A stretch of 64,000 bases of DNA, taken from sequence record OP889247.1; one strand, 5' to 3'. This document shows positions 28,137 to 37,634 of the stretch, one piece after another. The notes under the pieces are model-generated. The model saw only the letters and a list, made by a program, of their open reading frames with translations. It made no database searches and was not told the DNA's origin. Numbering within the stretch: the first letter of the stretch is position 1; every line of letters begins with the position of its first letter. The translations under genes and the position numbers were made by a program.

Positions 28137-28745
28137 AAACAAAAACGCATGGAAGCATTTTTGAACGGCTCATTACTTTTTAATTAACTCTTAGTAAAAA
28201 CTAATTAAAAAGTAGGTGTTAACTTAACACCTACAAAAATAAAGCCTACAGGAAATAGAACAAAACAATGAAAAAGAAAACGCAAACCAACGCACGAAGA
28301 ACCCCGAGTTCTTCCTTAAGAACACTTTGATAAATATCCTTAAGGAAGAGAAGATGTAGGGATCATCTTCTCCGGGATAACAAGCGCCTAAACGTACTGA
28401 AAGCAAGGGATTACTTTCTTAATAGTAACTCATTGGAATTAACATTAAGAAAGCCACAGATACCTAGGAGGAGGACGTGCCTGTGACCTTTTATTACGGA
28501 GGTTTTGAAATGCAAGAAGTCAACTGTTAGCGGCAGCCTGAACTTCTTTAAGTTCACTTAATTGAAATAAACTTAAAGAAATAAGGTAACAAATAATATA
28601 ATTCATTACCTTAAACCAAACCGGTATAAATACATCATTGAGGATCCGATCATGAAAAACTTCCGCTGACAACAGGTTAAGGTTTTTCTTTCACATATAA
28701 TAAATACAACGTTGTAAATAAATAAAAAATATTTAAGTCCCATAA

Positions 28746-28770
28746 TTTTTGAGATAGATATTATTTTAAT
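28746..28770 (+). promoter_or_regulatory. early-type promoter variant opening the accessory region
   Basis: TTTTTGAGATA-GATATTAT. Confidence 0.55.
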
Positions 28771-28820
28771 GATAAACTAGTGAGGTTTAATTTTAACCTT
28801 GAGTGTAGAGAGGGTGGTTT

Positions 28821-29234
28821 ATGAGACTATTTGGTTGTGAGGAAAAAGTAAGTGGGAGAGATCGGCAAGTTTTCGTGTTTAAGGATTTTGTTATTAAACT
28901 TCCTAGAACTGAAAGCTGGTTGTCGTTCGTAAGAGGTCTGTGTTCTAACTTAAAGGAAATCGAAACGGTAAGGTCTTACGGTGGATTATTTCCTGAGCAA
29001 GTTATGGAAATCAAGTGGTCTGGTTTGTTTGGAATAATCTTGGTAGCTAAACGTTATCGGGAAGTGAAAGACACAACTGTACATCGTCGCAGATTCTTTT
29101 ATCACTTAAGGAGACTTCATGGGATGGAACTTTACAAGTGGAACTTTATCTGGGAAGATGATGTTAAAGTTTTCAACTACGGGTGGGATAAATACGGTCG
29201 GTTAGTGAAACTAGATTTAGGTATAAATTATTAA
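28821..29234 (+). CDS. minimal protein-kinase-like protein
   Basis: G..R.VF...FVIKLP (beta-3 Lys), helix-C Glu, D.K..N catalytic loop, KLDLG (DFG-like). Confidence 0.6.
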   Translation: MRLFGCEEKVSGRDRQVFVFKDFVIKLPRTESWLSFVRGLCSNLKEIETVRSYGGLFPEQVMEIKWSGLFGIILVAKRYREVKDTTVHRRRFFYHLRRLHGMELYKWNFIWEDDVKVFNYGWDKYGRLVKLDLGINY

Positions 29235-29265
29235 TTCATTTTAAATATTAGTTTAGGAGTAGTAT

Positions 29266-29880
29266 ATGAACTTTGATCAAATTAAGAAACGCATTCAACT
29301 GAATCTGCGCAATGCGTTTTCTGTAACTCATGTTAAGCAAGAGTCTGTTGACACTAACTTCATTCGTGATCCTCGGATTATCAGTGAATATCGTGTAGAG
29401 TGTATCAGTTTTGTTTTGAACAATGAAGAGAAACACTTTATGTTTTATGTTCATAAACTAGACGGATTGTTCTTTACTCGTAGTAAAGAAGGGATTAAGG
29501 AAGAGTTGTTGGGTCGACTTCGTTATTACGATTTTACCTTTGAGCTCACCGACGATCCTGAATACCGCAATGACATCACTGGTAAACTTCTGGAAAGTAT
29601 TATCGGTCGCGAAGCACGTCAGCAAATGCACAACACTTTTAATTTCTGGAGGGAAGAAGCCGCAAGTCGCGGAAACTATTTCTTTTACACTCTGGGGTAC
29701 AAGGTTACTGGATACAATAAACGTACCATGTCGTTTACAGCCGACTTTGAACTTAACGTTCGAAAAGAGGATGAAGACGAGTTTACTACCTACAGTGGTC
29801 AGTTTGTAGACGGCTCTGCTGTCAACATTAAAACTGATTGGAATGGTGCTTATGTAACACTTTCCGATATCTTCTATTAA
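29266..29880 (+). CDS. hypothetical protein
   Basis: AGGAG RBS; 204-aa ORF. Confidence 0.8.
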   Translation: MNFDQIKKRIQLNLRNAFSVTHVKQESVDTNFIRDPRIISEYRVECISFVLNNEEKHFMFYVHKLDGLFFTRSKEGIKEELLGRLRYYDFTFELTDDPEYRNDITGKLLESIIGREARQQMHNTFNFWREEAASRGNYFFYTLGYKVTGYNKRTMSFTADFELNVRKEDEDEFTTYSGQFVDGSAVNIKTDWNGAYVTLSDIFY

Positions 29881-30006
29881 TTATGTGATAAACATCCAGG
29901 GAGGTAACTCCCTGTTAATTTCACACGTTAATAGCCGGGGATTGGTCTAATGGGTACGATTGGTTTGAAAATTAAAATGTTGTTTGTTTATGTTATTTTG
30001 AAAATT

Positions 30007-30633
30007 ATGTCCAAAAACGTAGAAATAATCAACGAGAAAGTTAAAGAGTTGGTTATCTGGGCTAATGGTAAAAATAACGACAATGTTCTTTTGGGTGGAA
30101 TTGGTAGTGTAGAAGTTCGTTTGGTGAAAGAGGGTAAGGGATGGTGGATCCATATTGAAGGTCTAGGTACATCTTTGATCAAGGATCGACTCACCAATGG
30201 TTTCTATGCTTTCAATAAGAAGACTGTAGGACGTCTGGAAGCTCTTTTCATTACCTGGGCTGGGGTAGACTTCAAACATGACATCGATCACGTCTGTGAG
30301 TACATCAGGGGGTTTGACTACATGTGTCAGGTTCCTGAGTTTGGTCTCTTTGATCGTATTCGTGAAGCCAAGAAAGAAGTTGTCTTTACTCCTCACGAAG
30401 ACTTTGGTAATTACATTGATGTGAAAGGTAATGTTGCTCGTAAAGTTTATGGTCAATATTCCTTGGAATTGTGTTTTAAGATCAGTCCGAAGTTTTGTCG
30501 AGGGTTTGTAGGTGAACTAGTTATCGACAAGATCAAACCTATCGATATCTCCACTGTATTCACTCAGAAGGAATTTAATAAGTCCCTGGGTGGGTTGGTA
30601 TCAGATTACGTTCAAAACGTCGTAGAGTGTTAA
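30007..30633 (+). CDS. hypothetical protein, tandem paralog family member 1
   Basis: Shares P..LFD....K.V.F motif; start uncertain (29950 or 30007). Confidence 0.7.
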   Translation: MSKNVEIINEKVKELVIWANGKNNDNVLLGGIGSVEVRLVKEGKGWWIHIEGLGTSLIKDRLTNGFYAFNKKTVGRLEALFITWAGVDFKHDIDHVCEYIRGFDYMCQVPEFGLFDRIREAKKEVVFTPHEDFGNYIDVKGNVARKVYGQYSLELCFKISPKFCRGFVGELVIDKIKPIDISTVFTQKEFNKSLGGLVSDYVQNVVEC

Positions 30634-30700
30634 ATAGACATGCTGAGAGGGAGAGATCCTTCTCAGTGTTATTATTTTGCTGTCCAATGGAGTATAGGAA

Positions 30701-31363
30701 ATGAAAACTGTATTTAATCATGTTGATAAAGCTATTCTGGATATGGCTCGGGTAGTTAATCTCTTTGCTAGTGATAAGGAGATTCTGGAAGCTCTGGAAA
30801 CTGAACTCATTGGTTCTCGTGGTAAGAAGATTAATGTTCTTACTTGTGGTCATGTTAAACTTCAAGCTGTAATAGAAGACATGGACGTTTACCTGGGTTT
30901 CGCAGATGTTAAGTTTGAAAAAGAACGTCTTCCTACTATCTCTGGTTGTTCATTTAAAATTAACTTACTGACCAAGGATCATGCAGAGATTTCTAATGAT
31001 CTTCGTAAACGTTTTGTAATTACTTATGAAAGTCGTTACAGAACAGCCCTACAACGCTTTATGAACAATTTGAAAGCAGGATCCATGCAAAGACCTGGAT
31101 TCTGGGCAAAGTTGTTTAGACGTGGTTCTGTGAGCTTTAAATCGATTAACCCAGTTATTAGTGAAATGTTCACTTTGAAAGAAGTAGTTTGTTTTAATGG
31201 TTATGACTCAACATTGAAGTTTGATATCCTGGGCGAGATCAAGGGGATTGGAACTTACTACAACAATTACAACCCTGATATCTATATGTCAGTTTCCGAA
31301 GTTACCCCTGAGAAACTCACTGATGGTGTTATTGGCAACATCATGAGCAAATACATCCTGTAA
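30701..31363 (+). CDS. hypothetical protein, tandem paralog family member 2
   Basis: PGFWAKLFRRGSVSF motif. Confidence 0.8.
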   Translation: MKTVFNHVDKAILDMARVVNLFASDKEILEALETELIGSRGKKINVLTCGHVKLQAVIEDMDVYLGFADVKFEKERLPTISGCSFKINLLTKDHAEISNDLRKRFVITYESRYRTALQRFMNNLKAGSMQRPGFWAKLFRRGSVSFKSINPVISEMFTLKEVVCFNGYDSTLKFDILGEIKGIGTYYNNYNPDIYMSVSEVTPEKLTDGVIGNIMSKYIL

Positions 31364-31382
31364 TCTAGAAAGGAAAATAGTT

Positions 31383-32141
31383 ATGAAAACTTTTAACCCA
31401 TGTGAAAGAATGTCCGTACTACATTCGGTTATGGATGTTAATTATACGTTGATCCAAGATTTCCGTGAACTAGGGTATTCTCAGTTCTTTCTTCCATTGC
31501 TGAAGTATAACAACTACGCTCGTAAACATCTAAAAGAAACTATTGCTGGTTTAAATGTTCGAGGAGAGTTTGAACTTAAAATTGGTGTAGTGTGTAAGAA
31601 TCAACTTAGTTTGGTTCGTAATAAACAACACAAGTACTCACTCCATATTTCTGACGTTTATACTCAGGATAAAGAGATTATTTCTCTGTCTGGTACTCGT
31701 GATCTGTTTAACGAAGCTCAGATCAATATGATCATGACTAGACTGAAAGCTTGTAAGTATCCGGAAGATCTCTATTACAAACACTTTGAGATTATCAGGT
31801 CAAATATTGCCAAAAGTTTAGAAACTGATAAACCAAGTATCGTTGATAAACTCTTCAAACGCTCTAAAAACGTTTCTTTTAACACAGGCGGGTACTTAGA
31901 AGGGAAATGGATAGAAGGTTCTTATACAGCTTACTATGGACTTTGGGGAGGTGTTGAAGTAGAAGGTCAATGTAACTATTACGTTGGTATGATTAATCTT
32001 AGCATGTTCTCTGAGATTCATACTCCTGTTCATATCAAACGTTTTAAAGTTACGTTTAATAAAGATCTTAAAAGTCTGGCTACTTACTTAGCTAAAGATA
32101 TCGCTAAACAAGTATGTCAGGAACTTGGTCCTAAATTCTAG
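31383..32141 (+). CDS. hypothetical protein, tandem paralog family member 3
   Basis: IGVVC and PSIVDKLFKRSKNVSFNTGG motifs. Confidence 0.8.
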   Translation: MKTFNPCERMSVLHSVMDVNYTLIQDFRELGYSQFFLPLLKYNNYARKHLKETIAGLNVRGEFELKIGVVCKNQLSLVRNKQHKYSLHISDVYTQDKEIISLSGTRDLFNEAQINMIMTRLKACKYPEDLYYKHFEIIRSNIAKSLETDKPSIVDKLFKRSKNVSFNTGGYLEGKWIEGSYTAYYGLWGGVEVEGQCNYYVGMINLSMFSEIHTPVHIKRFKVTFNKDLKSLATYLAKDIAKQVCQELGPKF

Positions 32142-32153
32142 ATAGGAACTATT

Positions 32154-32882
32154 ATGCAAATCGATCGTACTGTCAATTTAACTTGTTATCCCGACCATGT
32201 AGATTTTGATGTTGATTATAACAAAACCATGTATGATTTATTTAAACTTGGTCTTGAGGATTACTTTGTTAAACTCTATAAAGACATTGGGCATGTCAAC
32301 AGGACAATTGACGAAGCTTTCAAAACTGCTCCTAAATCCATTACCTCAGTTACTATCCGTATTGGTGTAGTCTGCGGTAAAGACATCAAAATCAGTCGTG
32401 ATAGCAAACATCGTTTCTGGTTGTTTGTTGATGATAAGAGTTTCAGGGTTGGTGCAGTAGGTAATTATTTTGATAGAATCTCTTTAGACAGAATTAGAGA
32501 GAATTTGGGACTCCCCAATCAGTATGCTAAACAGTTTTTTACACAGGAGATTTCTCACAACGTTTTAAACTCTATTGAGATTCCAAAGCCATCCTTTCTT
32601 GATCTTTACGCTAGACGTCGTAAAGAGTTTACTTTTAATACTGGGGGATTCAAGGAAGGTAATTGGATTGTGGTAAAAGGGTTTATCAAATACAACATGT
32701 TTGGTAAAGATCATATCAGTATAGGCGTCTCATTCACTACAGGGTTAGTCAACCGTAGTTTGTTCCCTTGTTTACACACTAGACGTTCTATGGATATCAG
32801 TAATGAAGAATACAATTGGCATGAGAAGAGTAACATCTCTCACCTGGTAGCTGAAAGTATTGTAGAGTTGATTTTCAATTAA
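32154..32882 (+). CDS. hypothetical protein, tandem paralog family member 4
   Basis: IGVVC and PSFLDLYARRRKEFTFNTGG motifs. Confidence 0.8.
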   Translation: MQIDRTVNLTCYPDHVDFDVDYNKTMYDLFKLGLEDYFVKLYKDIGHVNRTIDEAFKTAPKSITSVTIRIGVVCGKDIKISRDSKHRFWLFVDDKSFRVGAVGNYFDRISLDRIRENLGLPNQYAKQFFTQEISHNVLNSIEIPKPSFLDLYARRRKEFTFNTGGFKEGNWIVVKGFIKYNMFGKDHISIGVSFTTGLVNRSLFPCLHTRRSMDISNEEYNWHEKSNISHLVAESIVELIFN

Positions 32883-33044
32883 ACTTGTTTAGGGAGTTAA
32901 AACTAACTCCCTAAACTTTAATTTTACATTTATATTTTTATGTAAAAAATATATGTTATGTAATTGGTTACTAAATTTGATTTTTGAACTTTACTTTTTC
33001 TTGGTTTTCCTATTCCTTTTAGATCGAATTTATTTCGATTTATA

Positions 33045-33120
33045 GGGGGTTTGGGGGTCCAGGTCAAAGTGGGGTCCAAAGGTCAAGTGCGGGTCCAATT
33101 ACCTAGTTCGGGTGAGTGGG
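33045..33120 (+). repeat. G-tract-rich island with ~2.5 imperfect 18-19 bp direct repeats
   Basis: GGGTCCA(AA)GGTCAA(A)GTG units at 33055, 33072 and 33091; six G3-G5 tracts in an AT-rich intergenic gap. Confidence 0.7.
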
Positions 33121-33333
33121 CGGCTGGAAGCCTATTATACTTAATTAGTGAAATGAGTATGATGGTAAGATAAGAATGAACGTAGTGAATACCTTATCCA
33201 TCAATACGAATGAACTGTAGCTAGGTAAGAAGAAAAGTAATACATTTAAAGATACTACAAACAACTTACTCTGGGTGAATAACCTAGGGTAAGGGAATAT
33301 GTTTGTTCATTTAAATAAACTACTAAAGAGGAT

Positions 33334-33678
33334 ATGAGAGTGAATATTGAAAAAGAAGTTGAACTGTTAATAAAGACTTTTAAAAATATATATTTTAATA
33401 TTGATAAAGAATCATTAGTAATTTCCATAAAACCTATTAACATTAAACAACTTGGGCATATCTCAGTTAGTAAAGAAAATGAACAACAACTTGTAGAACT
33501 ATTGGATAATCAAGTTAATTTAAGATGGGGTTATGGTTTCTGCCAAGAGTCTCCCATTATTGAGATTTATTTAGGTAATGAGAAAAGGGGTTGTTGTTTT
33601 GATGGTATACAGACATTATCTCCAACCACTGAGGGATTAGTAGAACTAATAGCGGAGTTATTTGAAGATTTAACTTAG
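33334..33678 (+). CDS. hypothetical protein
   Basis: GAGGA RBS. Confidence 0.7.
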   Translation: MRVNIEKEVELLIKTFKNIYFNIDKESLVISIKPINIKQLGHISVSKENEQQLVELLDNQVNLRWGYGFCQESPIIEIYLGNEKRGCCFDGIQTLSPTTEGLVELIAELFEDLT

Positions 33679-33688
33679 AGAACAGTTT

Positions 33689-34093
33689 ATGCTAAGTTCA
33701 TCAGGATTGATAATACTTACTAGTTCATTGATAAAGGCTGTAACTAGTAATATACTATTTCAAAGTAAAGAAACTCATGAGACTATTAAACTAGATCAAA
33801 GAGTACCAGTTTCAATATACGGTAAATGTTATTATGGAATTGTGAAACGTGATCTAATTATGGAGAATCATTTTAAACATGTAATTAAAGAGCCGATCGA
33901 CTATTATCTTTATTTTGGGTTTGATAGTGGTAAGGGTAGTGATATAGTTGATTTGTTTACAGCTGAAATAACAGTTGGAGTTATTACCAAATTGAAATCA
34001 GGATCTAGAGAACTAGAGTTTACACCTGGGAAACTTCAGGATTCAGATTTCTACGCTTTTGTTAAATCAATTGGTGAAAATCTAGTTTATTAA
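33689..34093 (+). CDS. hypothetical protein
   Basis: ORF in operon. Confidence 0.7.
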   Translation: MLSSSGLIILTSSLIKAVTSNILFQSKETHETIKLDQRVPVSIYGKCYYGIVKRDLIMENHFKHVIKEPIDYYLYFGFDSGKGSDIVDLFTAEITVGVITKLKSGSRELEFTPGKLQDSDFYAFVKSIGENLVY

Positions 34094-34122
34094 ACTTTCA
34101 CATTAAGTCTAGGAGAAAGAAA

Positions 34123-34650
34123 ATGAAATTACGTATGGATGTATTGAAAAGTAACATTGGTTCTAAAAGTGTAGAACTTGTTAAGTTTATTCGTAAAGAG
34201 ATCGAAGAGATCAGTTTTGTTATAACTGTTGATATGGATTACCGATTGGTAATGAAACGCGCCTACGGTTTACGTTACTCCATTTCCGTAATTGATACAG
34301 TTACCAAAGAAGTAAAAGATTTTGGATTTGGTGAATACTTCCCAGCTGTAAGTGTTAAAGATTCCGAAGTGTTCTTGAAAGTGGAGCGGTTCTTGCTTAA
34401 CTTGTTTGGTGGGAAGATGTTTGACATGTGGGTTGATCAACAGGTTTTAAGAACTAAAGGAAGGAAGAAACTTGCTGATCTAATTTGTAAGTACAATCCG
34501 GATTTAAACCATGATGGTGTTTTGAGCATGTTAAATAAAAAGAGAACTGGCGAAGTAAACTTTATGTTACTCCCAACTCTCTTAAAGCCTGTTAAAGCAG
34601 CTTTTTGTAATTGTGAAATTATGGATTACGAAACCTTAAGTGTAGAATAA
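34123..34650 (+). CDS. hypothetical protein
   Basis: AGGAG RBS. Confidence 0.75.
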   Translation: MKLRMDVLKSNIGSKSVELVKFIRKEIEEISFVITVDMDYRLVMKRAYGLRYSISVIDTVTKEVKDFGFGEYFPAVSVKDSEVFLKVERFLLNLFGGKMFDMWVDQQVLRTKGRKKLADLICKYNPDLNHDGVLSMLNKKRTGEVNFMLLPTLLKPVKAAFCNCEIMDYETLSVE

Positions 34651-34656
34651 GGGGAA

Positions 34657-35301
34657 ATGAAAATGAATTGTCCTGATCTTGCCATTAACAAGTTTAATGA
34701 TCACATGGCTGTAAGAGTTAATGAGCTTCCACCTACTTTACCTAAGTCGTTCTTTAAAGAACATAAGTTTAGTTTCGCAGATAGTTATGATGTTCGCTGT
34801 AGATACACTAGTCGTATTGGTTGGTTTATTCTCACAACTGAAGTTAAAGAAGTATTGGTTAACTTCCTTAAGGGTAAAAGTGTATTAGAGGTAGGGTCTG
34901 GTACAGGCTACTTTGCAGCTCACATGAAACAGGGCGGGGTAGAGGATTACAATGCAGTAGATATTTGGGATCCTCAATACTGGGATGAAAGAACTCCTCG
35001 TCACTTTGGTATTGATGGTAATAGTTTAGATTACGTTGATAGTAGTTATGACGTAATTGTAATGAACTGGCCACCTTACGATGAACCTTTTGCTTATCAA
35101 GTTGTTAGTAAGATGGTTAAAGGTCAAATATTGATCTATAATGGTCAAGGTAGTGGTGGTTGTACAGGTGATGCTGATTTCTTTAATTACTTAGATGAAC
35201 ATTTTACGCCAATGAAAGAACTTGATTATGAATTGAACGAAAATCATGTTTCTTTTCCTTGCACTAAAGATCACTGGTGGGTTTATATTAAAACTAGTTA
35301 A
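34657..35301 (+). CDS. class I SAM-dependent methyltransferase
   Basis: VLEVGSGTG motif I; AVD acidic motif; VIVMNWPPY. Confidence 0.85.
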   Translation: MKMNCPDLAINKFNDHMAVRVNELPPTLPKSFFKEHKFSFADSYDVRCRYTSRIGWFILTTEVKEVLVNFLKGKSVLEVGSGTGYFAAHMKQGGVEDYNAVDIWDPQYWDERTPRHFGIDGNSLDYVDSSYDVIVMNWPPYDEPFAYQVVSKMVKGQILIYNGQGSGGCTGDADFFNYLDEHFTPMKELDYELNENHVSFPCTKDHWWVYIKTS

Positions 35302-35314
35302 GGAGAGTTGCTAG

Positions 35315-35632
35315 ATGTTGAACGAAATTGGGCACAGTAAGTTTCAGGAAGAACTTACCAAAGCTATTGTAGAAATCAAACAAAAAGCTGAAGAATCCAA
35401 ACCTATGTACGGACAACATGTGTATCGTTTTCTAGATACTGTTTATCCGTATCGTTTTAAAATGTGTGTTGAATACGACGTCTGGGATCAGGATGGTAAT
35501 GTAGCTATTAGTTGTTCTTTACACACTAATGTTGTTGCTGACGCTTTGGTGAAGGTTCCTGAAGATAAGCTCAAAGACACTGACTGTGTTTCGGAGATCG
35601 TATCTACTTTGACCACTAAGCTGTTTCACTAA
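35315..35632 (+). CDS. hypothetical protein
   Basis: AAGGAG RBS. Confidence 0.75.
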   Translation: MLNEIGHSKFQEELTKAIVEIKQKAEESKPMYGQHVYRFLDTVYPYRFKMCVEYDVWDQDGNVAISCSLHTNVVADALVKVPEDKLKDTDCVSEIVSTLTTKLFH

Positions 35633-35642
35633 TTAACTAATG

Positions 35643-35678
35643 TTAAGTTAACTCCTACCTAGGTAGGAGTTAACTTAA
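35643..35678. terminator. perfect-palindrome hairpin (36 bp)
   Basis: TTAAGTTAACTCCTACCT/AGGTAGGAGTTAACTTAA. Confidence 0.7.
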
Positions 35679-35694
35679 TGAGAGGAATAAAATT

Positions 35695-36201
35695 ATGAAC
35701 ACGAAAGAATTTATTACCAGTTATTTAGTAAAACAATACATTTATACAGACCCCGTATTACAAAAAAGATATTTATTAAATGATGTGGCTGCGACCGAAC
35801 ATGAAATACATTTAAATAAAAATCACTATATTCACCTAGCAAAAGTGGATAACCACACCATAGTAAAACTTTATAAACAAAATCCAGAAGCCTTTATAAC
35901 ACTTGGAACATTTCATAATGATAATGGTGTAAATGAAAAAATGGCTCACATCATTAATTTTATTAATGACCATCTTTTCAATTGTATTTTGAGCGATCTT
36001 AATTTAGCTCATTTGTTAAATAAGGATCACTGCTGTACCGAGGAAGATTATAATAGGCTCAACGCCTTAATTGGTAAAGATGTTGTAATTAAAATCAAAA
36101 CCAAACAGTGGAATAGTTGGTGTCTAGGTTTGATAAAACTATTAAAAGGGAAGTTCATTAAAGGTGAACTTTTGCAAGATGTTAAAGTAAATCTAATTTA
36201 A
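35695..36201 (+). CDS. hypothetical protein
   Basis: GAGGA RBS. Confidence 0.75.
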   Translation: MNTKEFITSYLVKQYIYTDPVLQKRYLLNDVAATEHEIHLNKNHYIHLAKVDNHTIVKLYKQNPEAFITLGTFHNDNGVNEKMAHIINFINDHLFNCILSDLNLAHLLNKDHCCTEEDYNRLNALIGKDVVIKIKTKQWNSWCLGLIKLLKGKFIKGELLQDVKVNLI

Positions 36202-36214
36202 AGGAATATAGAAA

Positions 36215-36598
36215 ATGTCAGAGATCGAAGTAAACAATATTACCTTTCAACTTGCTGCTAAACTTAATGGCAAGAGCTTTGTTAGAAGCGGTAAACGGAG
36301 AATGAAATGTTGGGATGAAGGTTTTGATGAGGTGCTTTTATCTGATGATCCGAAAGGATTTACAATGATCAAAGCCGCTTCAGAATTTCACCATATAGTA
36401 GTTGATGATGACACTGGTGGGAAATATTGGATGGGAGTATTGGTTTTTGGACCGAGAAGTAAAGACGGCAAACTAAATGTCTTGGTTGTTAAAGTTGGAA
36501 AAGTGGATAAAGATCTTAATCCAGTTGAAATTTCTGACAACGATAAACATACCAACATTCTTTCCGATTTAATTGGTGAGTCAGCCATTTTCCATTAA
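36215..36598 (+). CDS. hypothetical protein
   Basis: AAGGA RBS. Confidence 0.75.
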   Translation: MSEIEVNNITFQLAAKLNGKSFVRSGKRRMKCWDEGFDEVLLSDDPKGFTMIKAASEFHHIVVDDDTGGKYWMGVLVFGPRSKDGKLNVLVVKVGKVDKDLNPVEISDNDKHTNILSDLIGESAIFH

Positions 36599-36611
36599 TC
36601 AAGGAATAGTA

Positions 36612-37193
36612 ATGAAAATTTACAAAGTTGAAGAACTTACATTAAGCGAAGCTAGAACGCTCTCAGGTGTTTTGTTTCATTTTACCGACAAACATACTGC
36701 TGTTAGTGAGAACGGTCTTATAACGCTTCTCACGAGCTCTGAGGAGGGATTTAGTCACGTACTTAAGAGTGGTAGTTTCTTTATCTATCGAGAAGAGGAA
36801 TCTGAAGAACCTGATACCAATGAACTTGTTTGGGTTTGTGGATTGATTAATCAAGAACAAGATGTCTTGATGTTGAAGTCCGGTAAAGAAGATGTTAGTA
36901 ATGTTGACAGGATCATAGTAAGTTATCTTACCAGACTACTTAATAACGAAGAACAGTTTTATCGTTTTGTAATTGGTGACGATACCTGGGAAGTTCTCTG
37001 CTGTCTCAACATCACGTCAACACAATTCCTTCTTAGGAAAATGAACACGACAATTGACAACTTGGTACGCTATTCCGATGTTTGCGAAATTGATAAGTAT
37101 TATCGCAAAACAGGTATTTGGCCAGTAGCACAAAAGTTCAGAGAACATTTGGATAATCATTACAAAGGTATCTTGGATGTTAGAACTTTTTAA
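36612..37193 (+). CDS. hypothetical protein
   Basis: AAGGA RBS before ATG at 36612. Confidence 0.75.
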   Translation: MKIYKVEELTLSEARTLSGVLFHFTDKHTAVSENGLITLLTSSEEGFSHVLKSGSFFIYREEESEEPDTNELVWVCGLINQEQDVLMLKSGKEDVSNVDRIIVSYLTRLLNNEEQFYRFVIGDDTWEVLCCLNITSTQFLLRKMNTTIDNLVRYSDVCEIDKYYRKTGIWPVAQKFREHLDNHYKGILDVRTF

Positions 37194-37557
37194 AGCAATC
37201 TGGTTTAGTTTTTGGTTTGATGTAAAGAAAGATGTTCCAATTAGTTTCTACAAGGAAGATATCACAAGTTTGAGAAGCTGGGTTTGTGGAACAGAGTTTA
37301 AACCAAGAAAGATAAGATTTGTTAATCAACTAGGTGAAACCAGAGTTGGACTATTCTATTTCGAATGGAACTTCTCTGGTTTAATATTAACTCCTGTTCC
37401 CGACACAACTGCTAAACTAATATTCCCTAAGAAAAAGAAAGTAGTGCGTTTCGTTAATACATTTGAACGTGAACCGGAATACGATGCACCTAAAATGTTT
37501 AACAGAAACTTATTGAACAAATGGGTTTATGTATTTAAACCACATAAAACAATATAA
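37177..37557 (+). CDS. hypothetical protein
   Basis: Translationally coupled ORF. Confidence 0.7.
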   Translation: MLELFKAIWFSFWFDVKKDVPISFYKEDITSLRSWVCGTEFKPRKIRFVNQLGETRVGLFYFEWNFSGLILTPVPDTTAKLIFPKKKKVVRFVNTFEREPEYDAPKMFNRNLLNKWVYVFKPHKTI

Positions 37558-37562
37558 ACAAA

Positions 37563-37597
37563 GTTCTATAATTTTTCAAACATATATTATTCTAGTG
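37563..37597 (+). promoter_or_regulatory. early promoter
   Basis: GTTCTATAATTTTTCAAACA-TATATTAT, close to the chimallin promoter. Confidence 0.75.
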
Positions 37598-37634
37598 TGA
37601 TGTAGAATAATATCTTTTAAAATGGAGTCTAGTA

